Of a stretch of 64,000 nt of DNA, positions 12,601-32,019 are shown piece after piece. Below the pieces are notes generated by a model. It was not told where the DNA came from and did no database searches. It was given only the letters and a program-made list of their open reading frames with translations. The position numbers were made by a program, and so were the translations under genes. Each line of letters starts with the position of its first letter. Positions within the stretch are counted from its first letter, which is position 1. Origin of the DNA: Eledone cirrhosa (taxonomy: Eukaryota); assembly GCA_964016885.1 (NCBI GenBank), contig OZ024743.1, positions 194,742,001-194,806,000 of the forward strand. Direction: 5' to 3'.

Positions 12601-15527
12601 ATGTGTGGTCCGTGTAGCTGACTATCTTGAATTGTGGACAGCCTATGCTAGACCTATCTATTTCCCTACAAAATACTCTATCTAGATATGATCTGGATGA
12701 CCCTATGCGATTTGTTCAAGTCCACATTGGTACATTCGGGAAATCCATTCGGTACCTGTCATACAGTTCAAAACGCCTGAGTAGGTTGGTGAGACTCTTG
12801 CACCCTCCTTCCCTATCTACTAATCCCACACAATCCCAGCGTGCATCTAACATCCCGTTCCAGTCGCCCTCTAACACTAAAGAGGGGGACGTTCCAAGAA
12901 AGGTCTCTAGACGCCGGAAGAAATCAGGCCGCCCTGCTCCTGTCGGGGCATAGACGGCCACTAACCTGAAAGCTTTCCCGTCTCAGCTGGTCACGTCCAG
13001 CACCACCAACTTACCTTCTGCGTCCAGGAAGAGTGCCCGTATGGCAAGATCCAAACCTCTCCGAAAAAGCACAGCAACTCCTCCCCCCGATCCAGGACGG
13101 CTGGGAGATGCGTACACATCGTAGCCACCGAAGATCGGTGCGAAGGCCCGTCCTTCGGAGATTCTGGTCTCGCTGATGGCCACTACATCTATGTTTAGTG
13201 ACCTGAGGTCGTTGAGCAGGTGGCCCTGCTTCCATGACGACCCCAAGCCACGCGCAATTATGCTGCTTATTCTGAGTGAGGTCATGTTGAAAAGGAGTGG
13301 AAAAGATGGGAAAGACCACTTACCTTACTTCTCGTAGAGGAATGACGGTTTTTCCATCCGTTTCACTGCTCGTGGCCTCCTCAGGAAGGATGTCCTTATA
13401 AATCCTCCTGGAGAGTGTTTGTCGGAAGTCTCCGATGTCTTTGGGGAATTTTTGTTTTAGTGTCATGTATGTTTTCTGTGTGATGCGAGTGATTTGTATG
13501 TGTGGAGGTGGTGTGAATTTTTGGGTTGTTGTGTAGTCTTTGTCTGTGATGCTGGTGTTGTGTTGGATGTAGTGTAATAATTGGTTGTTGTTCAAATTTA
13601 ATGCTGTGTAGTGTGTATCGTTTTGGTCGTTTTGTTTTGTTTGCGTTTGTTGTGGGTTTGTTCCTGTTTCGCATTTTGGTGACTTTTGTGGTGTATGTGA
13701 TGGTGGTGTTGGGGTTAATGATGTTGATGGTGTTGGTGTTTGGGTTGACGGGGTTGGTGATGCTGGTGTGGATGGTGGCATATCTGTCCTAACTTTTTTG
13801 TTTGTTAATTTATTTGTTTCCCTCTGTATTTTTTTTTAGGAGGGGAAGGAAGAGAATTTTTTCTTTTTTGGTTTCTTTTTTTTTTCCTGATACCGTTTCC
13901 CACTCCTCGTCGTCACAATCTGTCTCCAGTTGTGATAGGCCGGGGAGTGGAAAATCCTCCACAGGCGTTAGTTTTGGTTGTGGCGTGGTGGATGGTGTAG
14001 ACGCTGGTGCTAGTTCTGAAGCGTTGGGTGGTGGTGGTGTTGGTTTTGCTGGTGTGGTGGTGTTGATTTTGCTACTGTTGCTGGGGTTGTTGCTGTTATA
14101 GTTGCTTCTGTTGTTGCTGTTACAGTTGTTGCTGCCATCTCTGCTACTGGTGGTGTTGATGGTTGTGTCACTGGGGTGGGTAGGAGAGGTGGCCTCAACC
14201 TTTTAGCCTGAGGGGAGAAGGCCCTTTGGTGGGTTCCTTCACCACAAACGACACACCTAGGCTTTCTGCTCTCGACAATTACGGTGAGGTCGCTGCCGTC
14301 AGCAAGGTCTATTACCTCTGGGATCTCCTCAATGCTTTTTTGGTCCGCTTGGATCAGGAGCTCCATCCCAGATCCGGACGAGTTCCCCTGCTTTTCTTTT
14401 GCTATTGCTATTATCTTTGTGTTGGCTTCGATGCCGGCGAGCACGGCCGCTATTAGCCAGGGAATTTCGATGGCCCTGAACTTTACGAGTCTCTAGCCAC
14501 AATAGCTTGGGATGAGTGTGAAGTCGTCACTTCTTAATGGGGCCATGGATTGTTCTCTAGCCTCCTCTGGTGTTTCAAAGAACACGTCCACGGTTCCATA
14601 CTTCTGCCCACGTCTGATGTGGGTTTTTCTTGCCCACACATGTCCCAAAGCTTTTTGGATTTGGGACTCGGATGCCCGTTCCACTCGGCGCGATTTTACA
14701 TTTATTGTTCGATACGACACGGTGCATAGGCGCCGATGCCCCATTTTATTAGGTGGGGGGGGGGGAGGTTGACCCTGTACCCATCTTTCTTTACCATTTG
14801 TTTGGCATTTTCTAATTCCTCCTGAGTTACCGTATATGCTTCGCACTGTTTTGCTACTCTGGCAAAACTCAGGGTGGTTTTTTTAATGTCATTGTTGTTG
14901 TTGTTGCTATCGTTATTTTTGTTATTATTAACTTTAGTTTCAGTTGTGGTGGTGGTGACGTCAGTGAAGTTCGGTTTGGGAGAGTCCATTTTGGTTGAAA
15001 ATATTTCGACATCACGAGTTGATTTATTTTTTCCTTTTGTTTCTGTTGTCGCGGTGGTGGTGGTGGTGGTGGTGGTGGTGGTGGGGGGGGGGGGGGGGGG
15101 GGGGGTGATGGTTGTCGCGGTGGTGGTGGCGGCTTTAACACCTGCAGTCATTGGTAATGGCGGGAAATGAATGTCTGCCTGAAACAGATTTAAAATATTG
15201 CTAGTGCTTAAATTGTTTTTGTTGGCAGACGTATAATCATTTACAATGGTGGTGTCGGTGTGAGGTGTTAATTTGTGAGAAAGGCTTTCAGCTGCTTGGT
15301 GCAGTGGTGAATTAGCCTTTTTTCTCAAAGAAATTTTTTGATAATCATGAAAGTTTAAATTTTGGGCACAAGGCCCCAATCTTTTTGGGTGTCCTTTTCG
15401 GAAAACAATATATGTGCGCTTATATATAGTTAACAATAAAAATTTTCCATAAATGGCAATTTTTAACAAACGGAAATAACAAACCTTTGCGGAGCTCACG
15501 ATGATACGATTTACTACGTAGGTCGCC
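9673..15527 (-). mobile_element. Near full-length Tx1/L1-group non-LTR retrotransposon (degenerate, frameshifted)
   Basis: ORF1 fragments (14010-14444 with CVVCGEGTH knuckle-like motif; stop at 13320); APE endonuclease (12983-13285, 12716-12961: SETR, GDWN, DR, TDH); RT (KSPGLDG, FRPITLLN, DQSKAFD, AYADD); C-terminal CPRC...ETVLHALVQC. AATAAA at 9679-9684 (minus strand). (TTA)n on both sides. Confidence 0.93.
9916..13285 (-). pseudogene. ORF2 (APE endonuclease + reverse transcriptase + zf-RVT) of the Tx1-like LINE, split by frameshifts/stops
   Basis: ORF track segments 12983-13285, 12716-12961, 12389-12589, 11603-12322, 11343-11702 and 9916-11355 are colinear domains. Confidence 0.9.

Positions 15528-15596
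<69 letters not shown>
15528..15596. repeat. (TAA)n microsatellite at the 5' flank of the Tx1-like LINE
   Basis: Direct read. Confidence 0.95.
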
Positions 15597-19360
<3,764 letters not shown>

Positions 19361-19384
19361 TCATATATATATATATATATACAT

Positions 19385-19478
<94 letters not shown>

Positions 19479-19600
19479 AGATTTGAATGGATACAGTTTA
19501 GTTGAAAGGAACTTATTGACACGTGTTTCTATAACAGTTACATAACCTAAAACAGCTGCTATCTACAAACTTTTAGTTATGCAGACATTCAATATTTCAA

Positions 19601-19632
<32 letters not shown>

Positions 19633-19715
19633 GTATATATATATATATATAATCCCAGTATACACATACATACACACACACATATATATATATGCACACA
19701 CATACGCACACACAC

Positions 19716-19812
<97 letters not shown>

Positions 19813-19914
19813 CATATATTTATCCCAGGAAACAAATTATAGTTTCAAAACATGTTAAAAAAATAGATTTTATTGAACCATCACAGAATCTTATCATTCT
19901 CGCTCATTGATTTT

Positions 19915-20525
19915 AAAGCGCATGGCTAACGAATCGCATCTGCAATCGTGAGGTTGTGAGTTCGATTCCCGGACCCGGCGATATGTTATGTCCTTGATCC
20001 AGACACTGTATTTCACGTTGCACCTTCTGGCTGTATTTGCGACCGATAGATACTGTTAGCAATTGGAAAGACCAGTGCAAACATTGTTTCCTCGCTCCGA
20101 TTTGACGAGCCTCACCCCACTCGTTAAGTGAATTAGGTCTGGAATCTTACGGCATAGAGATAGTGCAATTACGTTCTGAATTCAAATCCTGCTGAGCTTA
20201 GCTTTTCCTTTCATCCTTACGGGATCGATAAATAAATTACCAGTAACACACTATGGTCGATTTAAACGACTTCCCGCTGCGCCCCCATTAAATGCCTGTC
20301 TTGTGTCTCAATCTGAAACCATTACTTATACTGTCGATTGGCAGTATCGGTAGAGGGTCGGGCGCCGTGCTTTGCAGCATAGAGTTAAGGCCCTTTACGA
20401 TCTTAGTTCAAATCCCGCCGAAGTTAACTTTGCCTTTGATCCTGATGGGGTCGTTAAAATAAAATACCAGTAATGCACTGGTGGTAATTGCTGGCCTTGT
20501 ACCAAGAGTAGAAACCATTATTTAT
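19915..20525 (+). mobile_element. SINE cluster: one CORE-type SINE followed by two Nin-domain SINEs
   Basis: gagttcgattccc / tgtccttga (19915-20150); ttcaaatcc B-box plus cctttcatccttacgggatcgataaa (20150-20320; 20331-20520). Confidence 0.75.
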
Positions 20526-21834
20526 ACTGTGTTCCGTTTCCATTATGATATATCCCAATCTGATATATATTAATTTCATTTTAGCTTATTAGGTTGCAAG
20601 AATTAGAATGAAAATCTGCTTACTATCACATGTTCCATTTTGTAAGCTATAAAATATCTCTCTAAACTTGAATATTTAATTGCCTGAAGTAGTTACATAT
20701 AAGGAAAAACGAGAATCAGTGAAAATTAAATATGCCCTAACTAGTCGACAATTAGTACACATAAGAGTTCAGAGAAGAGTTCGGTAAGTATAATTGCCGT
20801 GAGGAGTGAACACACTAACTTGTGTTGCTGACGTTATTCTGAGACTAAGAAATATAGAGAAAGTGGTGTTGTCGTTTTTGTTGATGGAATACTTTATGAA
20901 GTGAAATGAAGATAATATGGGGGATGGTAATGAGCGAGGCGTTAACTGAGAGAGGGAAATCTAGATTTTGAAAGGAAAGCTAGAAATAGCCAATATAGAA
21001 GTTAGTCTTCAAGTATGAAGGTGAGAGTAGAGAAAATGTCAAATAAAAATACTTATGTAAAAGGTTTGGTACAATTTCTAATTTATAGATTGGATAATGT
21101 GGGATTTGAAGAGGAATATCAAAGGAAGTTGAAATATCTGGGCATAAAGGAAAGAGGACGTGGTAGAAATTGAGAATCCAAAAGCAACGACAGCGACGCA
21201 GCTAAACTTTGAGGGTATGAAGGTGTGCTAAATATTCTAAATGTGTGTCCATAACTTACATAGAAGTGTTTCCTCTTTCTTGTGTCATTTCAACAGGAGT
21301 GAGATTGATATGTGGGCAGTAGAATGGCTGAGCGTGAGAAGTTGATGCGTTCCAGATTTGATGATTTTGTTCACAGAATCTGATAGCCAAATAGCGCCCC
21401 ATTCCGTCGATGTACAGGGCCCTACAGATTTTAAAAGTCTGGTTTAAGAGAGACAATCAGAATTTGATACATAGGAGGCTAAGGACAATGGAACCCATAT
21501 TTAAAATCACGTATATATTTCATGTCAATTAAAATAGAGAATTGGAAGCAAGGGAAAAATTAGAGAGGCCACGTTTGTTGCCGTGCACGTTGGCTGAGGC
21601 AAATGGACCGAAAAACACATAATTTTGTGCTGAGGATGAGTGCTACGTAGGTTTGGGATTGTCAGGCTGGTAGATTGGGGAAGGTAGAGGTTGCGTTCAA
21701 TATGTGATGGTTGTAACTCTTTTACCTGCTCCAGCCATCCGGCTGAGACCATGCTGGGGCACCGGCCTTGATAGGAATAGGAAGGGGCATGTTTCTTTTA
21801 CTCGATATCAAAGTAGAAGTCATTATTACAGAAG

Positions 21835-22213
21835 TGGCAGTGGATTGGCAGTATCGGTAGAGGGTCGGACGCCATGCTTTGACGCATTGAAGTACGGCCC
21901 TTGCCATTCTGCGTTCAAATCCCGCCGAGGTTACCTGTGCCTTTCATCTTTACGGTGTCTATAAAATAAAGTACCAGTAATACACTGGGGTAATAAAGTA
22001 GAAACAATTATTACAGAAGTGGCGGTGGATTGGCAGTATCGGTAGAGGGTCGGAGGCCATGCTTTGCAACACAGAGTTACGGCCCTTTACGTTCTGAGTT
22101 CAAATCCCGTCGAAGTTAACTTTACCTTTCATCCTTATGGGGGTCGATAACATAAAGCACCAGTAACACACTGGGATAATTGTTGGCCTTGTGCCAAAAG
22201 TAGAAACAATTAT
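21835..22213 (+). mobile_element. Two tandem tRNA-derived Nin-domain SINEs
   Basis: ggcggtggattggcagtatcggtagag (A box) ... gttcaaatccc (B box) ... cctttcatccttatgggggtcgataa. Repeated flank ttattacagaagt. Confidence 0.85.
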
Positions 22214-22454
22214 TACAAAAATGGGATGTGAGAAGCGCCTTTGCATTCTCAGTTAATAGAGGTAGAAAGGTGCTTATTAAATCAAAAGTAAATTCGATCT
22301 CAGTGGTCTAGAGGAAGAAATGATCCCACTATATGTTACAGGATTCTATTTCACTATAGATAGACATAAACAAGTTCACCTTATATTTGAAATGTAGTTT
22401 TAACAAATATTTTAAAGGAAACTGAATTTGGTTTAATGTTCCGTCGAACGAGAT

Positions 22455-22885
22455 ATCTATCTATATATACTACTAAAACGCTGTGTTCATGTGCTTGTGT
22501 GTAATTCAATACAGTCAAAACGCCACAAAATGGGAAAATACTTTGAAAAGAAGTTGCCCCTGAAATGGGAATACAAATGGAATAAAACAAATTTCGCGTA
22601 AATCGGAGTACGGGTTCCCGAGATATTCCGGCTACCTTCATAAATATAGAGGGAGTAAGAGAGTGTGAGAGAGAGAGGGGGTGAGAGATAAATAGAGGGG
22701 GAATGAGAGCAAGAGAGAGAGAGGGGAAGAGAGAGGGAGAGAGTGGGAGAGAGAGAGAGGGAGTGAGAGGGAGAGAGAGCTGGTAGTGTTTTTGAATGAA
22801 ATTATAATAGGTCACTTCAAAGGATCTAATACAGCATTACTCTATCTACATAGGAACTCAACGGGTCACGGGTAGTTTAGTATTA
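22455..22885 (+). mobile_element. Possible non-autonomous Helitron
   Basis: Starts tctatctatatatactactaaaacg, has an internal (GA)n-rich tract, and ends caacgggtcacgggtagtttagt. Termini resemble Helitron TC...CTAG ends but are degenerate. Confidence 0.35.
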
Positions 22886-23999
22886 TTTTAAAAATAAGTA
22901 AACATCTCAACAAAAGACATTTCAGATCCATTAATAATTTTTTAAACCTTTTGTCTGCAGCAAAACTATATACTCCCCTTTTTTCCTTTTCGACAATTGC
23001 TATAGTTTGGAAAGTGAAGCGGGTGATAATGTAATGAATGTTGCATGTTTTAGGAAATATATAAGCATCAAGTTTCATAAATGACTTCAGGGAGATTTAT
23101 ACGTTCTAACTCTAGGCGTATACTTGATGGTAGTCTCGAATTAGTGATTAGATTTTACTGCACAGCAGAGGCGCTGTGGTAAATTATTATTGTAGTTCAA
23201 AACATGAAGGATAGATTGCCTGAAAAAGTCAATTGTCTCTTCTGCGAAAGATTACTGAACAATATATATACATGAAAAATATGGTATCATTTTAGTGTTC
23301 AGTTTTGCATAATAAGTAACAATACTCTTTCGTTTGGTTCCACTTTGTACAAAAAACATCGAATGTTTTACTGGCTATTTAGATATAAATTCAATAATCA
23401 GTATAAAAATGACCAAAGTTAGAGTAAATATGCAACACGAGGCAGAGATAAGTACAATGAAAACAAATTCAAAGTCAATAGAAAGTGAAGAAAAAATGAT
23501 AAAGAAGAAGAGAAAGAGCTATGAGAAATCAATACGAAGGACTGTGGTAAAGAATGAAGAGAAATATAAAAGGAAAAGTGGGAAGATTGTAACAAATAAA
23601 GAAGTAAATAATAGAGCCAGAATGTGTAGAATAGATAAAAAATAATGAAAAATTCTAGTGAAAAGACAAGAACACAAGATAAAGTGAAGAGCAATATTTT
23701 GATTTCAGTTGTGTATATTTAGTAGACGGAGAAAATAGATTTTAAATGGACAAGGAACCTAAGAGAGAAAAGTGTCTAAGTAAACCGCTCTGAGCCGAAA
23801 AATCGAATGTTATGATTTCAGTAGTACGGTTGAAATATGCATTGAGGTTAAATATTTGGTATGATTTCTTAAATAGGAGGAATATAAATAAAAATATCCC
23901 ATTTTCCTTTATGGAAGACGTGAGAAAGTGATGTGTTAATGAACTGGTTACTAGAAATAGGTCAGTTATTGTTATTTATATTTTGTTTCTAGGATTATA

Positions 24000-24650
24000 T
24001 GTAATTTCTTTTCAGATTTTTTTCTTTTCATTATAATGCTCAAATTTGAAATAAACGGCATTCTTTATGGCCTTCCACAGTCCCCATACACCGGCCAGAT
24101 TGATACTATTAAACACCTAGCAAAACAAATTGATCGCCGCCACGATACTATTAAGGTTTTACTTAAATATATAAAAGGTAGATAAAGTTGATGTTCTGAA
24201 TAACGATTAGTGTAAGCCTTGAGGAGAGTGGAAGCTATGTGTGATGAAAGGAGTTACGATTGAGGAGTAACTGGCTTTAAATTAGGCAACTCTGAACTGC
24301 AAATATTGTTGCAATAGAAAAAGGAGAGTAAAGAGACCGAAAGAGATGTTAAATGGAACTGGTGAACGAATTTATGCCAATTAATGTGGTGGCTTTTTCC
24401 GGAACGCAGTCTAGAGCATCTGCATGCTTTGTGGAATTATTGTCGCAGATATTGGAGTAGTATTCCTGGGTTTCACCTGATCTTTGTTTAAATTTGCATA
24501 GTCACTGCTGCGAGCTGAGGTATTTACCGACTCTGGCTAGAAAGGCTAATCTTTGTGATGCAGTCTCGGCTCTTCCACTCATGTGAGAATGCCAGCAGAA
24601 ATTATAAGTAGTGATAAGGCCGGGCGTGTGGGGGCTTTTGTTATATCAAC
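24000..24650 (-). mobile_element. Degraded CR1/L2-group LINE 3' fragment
   Basis: Minus-strand QVKP.EYYSNICDNNSTKHADALDCVPEKATTLIG resembles the conserved post-RT region (QIRP.MEY.SHIW...LDR.Q.KA.RLIG). A weaker similar remnant lies at ~21240-21520. Confidence 0.5.
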
Positions 24651-26299
24651 AAAATTGATATTAGATTGGCTATTTTTACTAGTGAATATTTTGTTTAATA
24701 TCACCATGTAAGAGAGGAATTGCTATATTTTTCTAAACATTCACTCGTTCTACGGAGCTATGTTTCGTTTAATTACTTCGTAAATTAAGCACGAATTCAG
24801 TCAACGCAACCTGCAGTTGAAGTTTTACAGAGAAGGAGAAATACGGAGGACAATAGGTTTAGTGTGATGCTCTATTCTCTCAAACGTCTGTCTTTCAGTA
24901 TGATATATAGAGATTAAATTAAGCTTTTGTGGGGAATATAGTCAATTTATACCACTCTTTCACTTATAAATGCAAACGTAATTCATCATTTTAAAGATTA
25001 ATACCAAAGCACATTTAATTATGTAAAGAATATCTGAGTTGAAATAGTACAATCTATGTTTTTTTCAAAGTCAGAGATGATAAATTGTAATACAATTTTC
25101 TGAAAATTGTCCCTCTAAAAAGTAACACGTTCATGCGTCTATAACATGATTCTGACATTTCAGCTGTTACTAGACTTCAAAACTCAAAAGCTACTGCGCA
25201 CATATGGCATGCATATAGTTACGTGGTTTGCCGTGTTGGAATTCTTTCAATTTCAATGGACTATGTACATGTACGTTTTAGGACAATTGACGCCGGAAAT
25301 GCAAACTTTGGGTGTCCTATAAATAGAGTCACAGCATCTTGTGAGAGAAAGTTTGTCTACATTTCTTGTAAAAGAAATGTCAAACATATGTCTATATGAA
25401 AACAATAACGTCTGAAAAAAGATATGAAACAAATTGTGAAACTAATTATGAACCTAAAACAGTAAGTAGATTTTGTAAATTCTATAAATGAACATAAGTG
25501 TCTGAAACACTTAAAAGGATGTAAAGAAAATATATATAAATTATAGATACTGTATCAAAATAAAGAAACGTAAAAGAACACCCATATTAGAAGCATTTTC
25601 TGAGAACACCAATCACATATGAAATGCTCTTAGCCTGAAATTATTTGCTGAGAATAGTTTGGGTTTGTAGTAACATGCCAGTCGGGAGAAGAATATCTGT
25701 GATGAAATACGTTTTAAAGGTGTCAAGCCATATTTAATATCAGACATAGTATATATAGATCTATAGCTTCTTTTATATTATTCTCTATAAAATGAATAGA
25801 CTGTAATTTGAGCATGATTTGTCAAATGAAAGCGTAGCAGCAACATTCCTGATTCATATTTAGAATGTATTTGGAAGAAAGCATAATTAAAGATTCTAGA
25901 TTTACGTGTTACAAGAGACATTATATATTTAGTTGTTACGGTTATACGTTAGTACCCTGCTACACGTGTCGCAAGATAAACACGATATATAATTTTCACT
26001 TTAAATTATGTGATAGAAATACTAGGTATTTTGAAACGCCTGTGGTTCAACAAATATTGCGCCAACTTAGCGCATTCTCATATGGCAGAGACATTTTAAA
26101 ATTACACACTTACAAGATCACTGACACATCTGTATATATGCATGTATATATATATATATATATATATACAAAGTGTTACAACGATCAAATTTTAGTTTAG
26201 AAAATATATTTGCTGACAATTAATTATTTCTTCCAGAGGGAGGTCTGGAATCATCGGAGCATATGGAATATCGAAACATGTTACTAAAATCCTAGTCAT

Positions 26300-27240
26300 T
26301 TAGAACATTTAAGGTACATAATTGTTGTTAGTGTCAAAAGTAACATGTGGAGAGTCAGTAGTTAAAAAGATGTTCTGCTTGAAAGAACAGAATAACAGGC
26401 AGCACTGGGTCAAAGTGTAAGAGGTATAAGTGAGAAGCACAAGCAAAAGAATATACAGGCAAAAAAGTAGGCAACAAAATATACAGGCCAAAAAGTTATA
26501 TGCAAGGAAAATTTGTGTACAATGCAGGAGTCAATACAGTCAATAAGGCATGTATGAGGAAAGAGTTATAATGCAGTTGAAATAAACATATTTTGTGTGG
26601 GTTGCTAAATCATGTTATAATTGTTAGAAATGTTTAAGGTAGTGTGCAATTTGTTAGAGAGGCATGTGGTGATAATGTAGATATTTGTTTTGTAAGGTGT
26701 AATGCAAAACACGACATAGAGTTGGATAGGTGATTTTCATTCAAGTGTTTTTGTGTTGTAGTTCGTATGTATGTGTAGATGTCATTTGTAACTCACAGAT
26801 ATTAACCATGGTATATTTTGAGTCGTTTATAGTCAATAGGTGTTTGTTTGTTAAATGTAAATTCCACCGAATTACTGGCCATGTTGTTATTGCAGGTATA
26901 TTATTTTATGCCTTTTTTATCTACAAGTTATCTTTTCTAGGGTTTGTACTAACTGTTATTAAGCTGTTGGTAAACCGTTAGATTGCTTAATTTTATGAGT
27001 TTACACAGTAAGTTGTAAAGGGGGTTAATAACAAAGGGAGATAATTAAGGTTGTTGATAAATTAAGGGTTGTTTTAATATTGTAGTAGTGTTATAAATTA
27101 ATCTTTATAGAGTATATAAAATAATATTGGTTATATAATTGTTATCTTTTAAACTTGTGTGGAGGGAGTTAAACACATTCTTTTATTATTTTATTATAAC
27201 TAGATAGTTTTTACATAGTTAGTATATGTATATATAATAT
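26300..27240 (-). mobile_element. Possible very degraded Penelope-like (GIY-YIG) remnant between (TA)n runs
   Basis: A/C-rich minus strand like the other Naiad copies; YTYIRTT resembles YIG[ST]T. No intact ORF. Confidence 0.3.
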
Positions 27241-27283
27241 AAGGTATATATATATGTGAGAATGCATACATATACATATATAT

Positions 27284-28637
<1,354 letters not shown>

Positions 28638-28649
28638 TACATATATACA

Positions 28650-29772
28650 GATTGTGTAGAGAGAGTTGAAGTTTTTTATGACAGGATAGTGAGTTGCATA
28701 ATATATACTGGAGTAATTGGTGTTATATACACAGTTGTCTGCTATTTAGTTGGTGTTGTATATTGAGAGTATATTAGAGTGTCTATATTATTTAAATATT
28801 TTAATTGTATAAGGTCAAACAAGGGGTTTATTGCCTGTATGTAGGTTAGTGTGGTCTTCTAATTAAGGTGCAGTCCTATTAAGGTGTAGTATAATTGGAT
28901 AAGTTAAAATGTGGTGGTCTAGTGTTATCTCCGACGCTGGTCTTTATTTTTATTTTTATTATTATCATTTTTAATTACTAGGTTTGTTGTAGTGGAACGA
29001 GAATCTATGGTAATGTGGACACGTAGAGAATATCTCTGATTTCCTATTTAGCAGGCTAAGATTAGAGTGAAGGATTTTTCTACACTCAAGGATGCACAGG
29101 TTACAGAATTTGTTAGGTGGTCTATATGAAGAGGCCTTAGTTATCACTTCCCATTTTAAGGTGTATGGTATGTTATTTGATTTTAATGGGTGTATGTATG
29201 TGGATAGTGATATTACGTTACTAAGTTTAGGGTTTCTGAACAAGTGAAGGTGTGAATTATATCTAGTCTTAAAGCTATTCGATGTTGAGCCTATATATAC
29301 TTTCGAAATGTGATTAGCGGTTACAGTACCGGAGTAGACAATGTCTTTAATAAGGCAGTTTTTATTTAATGGGCATGTCTTGTTAGGTCTACAATTACAA
29401 TTGTTTTGGTAACAAGTATACTGGTTAAGGGGGTATGCATTTGAGTGGTTGTTTCTGTTTCTACTTCTAGTATTAAGATTATGGTAAGTATTATTATTAT
29501 TGGTATTATTAGTATGATTTGCTGTATGGTCTTGTATTGTGTTATTGTTCAGGTTATTTTATGCTGGACATTATTAATTTGGTGTAATTTGAAGTACTTT
29601 TTTATCTTTCACTTGTTGGTGCTGGCTATATAGTCTGCTATGTTAGATGTGGTGGAGTAGGAGATTTTAATTGTATTTTTGTTACATAGGTTGTGGTATT
29701 TATGGTTACTTGGGAAGTTTTTGTCTAGAATGGAGAAGAAAGCTTTAGGTATGTTTGTTATACATTTAAGTT
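28650..29772 (-). mobile_element. 5'-truncated Penelope-like (Naiad-type) element, GIY-YIG end
   Basis: NIPKAFFSILDKNFP...KISYSTT (29640-29770); CNCRPNKTCPLNKNC...VYIGSTSNSFKTRY; ORF 28971-29243 LKWEVI...CNLC...LLNRKSEIFSTCPH. The 3' end abuts (TA)n. Confidence 0.85.
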
Positions 29773-29789
29773 TAACGGAGGATTAGTAC

Positions 29790-29902
29790 TACTTTCAAAT
29801 ATACATCACTTTGCCTTTCATCCTTACGGGGTCGATAAAATAAAGTACCAGTAATGTACTGGGTAATTGCTGGCCTTGTGCCAAAAGTAGAAACAATTAT
29901 AA
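29790..29902 (+). mobile_element. Nin-domain SINE 3' fragment
   Basis: ttgcctttcatccttacggggtcgataaaataaagtaccagt...gtagaaacaattat. Confidence 0.75.
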
Positions 29903-30088
29903 CTATATATATATATATATACTTATACAAATACACATATTTATATATATGCATATTGGTATGTCCCCCCCCTCTCTCTCTCTCGCTATATATATATATG
30001 CATTCGTCCGAGTGTATATATATATATATATATTTTACTATTTTTCTCTGTTTATGCTGTACCGATTGTGTTGTTATTTCTGTTTGCC

Positions 30089-30191
<103 letters not shown>

Positions 30192-31048
30192 TGTGAGTAT
30201 GTGTGAGAGAGTAATTTCTGCTAACAAATAATACTAAATGATATAAAGCAAATTTATATTTGAAGGAAGAATAATAATAAATTCGATATTCATAAATAAA
30301 ACAATGCCGTCAGGCTGGCAAGAATGTTTTTACTAGAAAGTTTTAAGTTTGAAAACAATCTAAGTGTAATCCATCTGATGCATTAAGATATCTCTGAATA
30401 TACTTGAATTTTAAAAGGAGAATCAATCATAAAAATAAAATATAGATATAAAGATAACAAAATAAGAGAGTCGTTATACTTTAATACAGCTAGAATAAGT
30501 TATTTCAGTTTGTAACTTAAGTCGTGAAAAATCTATATCAAACAGATAGCGACATATTAAATATATCATGGTCGTCACCATCGACACCGTCATCGTTATC
30601 GTCATCGGCTTCAGCCTCATAAAAGAAATAAAAATAAAGAAAAGAAATAAAAATAAAGAAAAGAAACAAAAATATATCAATAGAAGAAGTAGCTGCATAT
30701 AAATTGATTATAACAGTAAATCTATAATGTCTATTGTAAAACGAATGGCTTGTAAAGATAAGACTGTTGAGACAAAAGAAGGAGAATCTGAACATTTATT
30801 GAACAATTGGTCTAACCAATTGGCTTTGAGTTCGCTTTGTAATATTTGATGTATTTTATTGCAGTTCGGGGAAGACCTATAATATCAAAGTAAGTAATAC
30901 TATATTTTGTCTGTTGAATTTCTAATGTTTAAATGGATCTTCAATTACCGAAATGATAGGAAGCTTTCGAAGTGGAACACTTGTGTTATACATGAATACA
31001 TACATATATATAATTATTCTCTTATACACACACAAACACACACACATT

Positions 31049-31110
<62 letters not shown>

Positions 31111-32019
31111 TCCCTGTTCGATGATATAATACTTGTTTAAAATACCTTATCGTTTATATCTTAAAATAATAACAAATATAAGGAGGCTCAAAATTTCACT
31201 GATCACTGATATGTAGAATTTATTGTTTTGTGTCAGTTTTGCCTTTATTTTAGTTAAATTTTTAAACTGTTTGTATGATGATTTGTAAAATATAATCTTC
31301 TGTTTATTAACTCGATAACATTTAAAATCAAATATTGAAGGCATTGATCTCAGAATACTTCCGCCATTAAATTATTGATGAATGATTCATACGTCAGACT
31401 AAATTAAATCAATCTTGCTTTACTTTCAACACGTTTCATTGACAGGTTTGTGTCAGCTAATATACAGACATGTAGACACATGAGATTACAAAATATTTAA
31501 ATTTACATACTTAAATAAAACCCAGTTATATAGTTACATGAATGAAAGGTACAATATAAATATTTTCACAAATTAATATAGAAATTAGTATTTGGACATT
31601 GGATTTATGAACATTAGTGCAATAACTTCCATTTATGCAGCAATCTATATTATAACAAGCAGAATTATCTTCTATCCAAAATCTACCATGCAATATATTC
31701 TATCATTTGGACTAGTTAACCACAGCATATATCAGATATGCTATTTTAGTTTATCAGAATTCCTCATAAAAAATATGCTCTTTAACAAATGTCATCCAGT
31801 ATTCCATTTAATCCTATTAACATTCTCAAAGAGAAATGATTATTTAGTTTCCGATTACTGTTCCGGAGAGTGTATTGGGTTCATTATGACATCACATATA
31901 GATCGCTATCTTATGTATAATCTGCTGGGCTTATAATTTCTATATTAGTTTCAAACTAAAATTGAAACCAATTATTTTGGCTATCATATGATGGCAATAA
32001 ACAAGCTCGCTATATTTAC

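Noticed and set aside
23334-23645. Lys/Glu-rich 103-aa ORF
   Set aside because: Purine-rich low-complexity tract with no domain motifs.
26205-26290. ctgacaa...gaaacatgtta hammerhead-like motif
   Set aside because: Core mismatch and no credible stem I.
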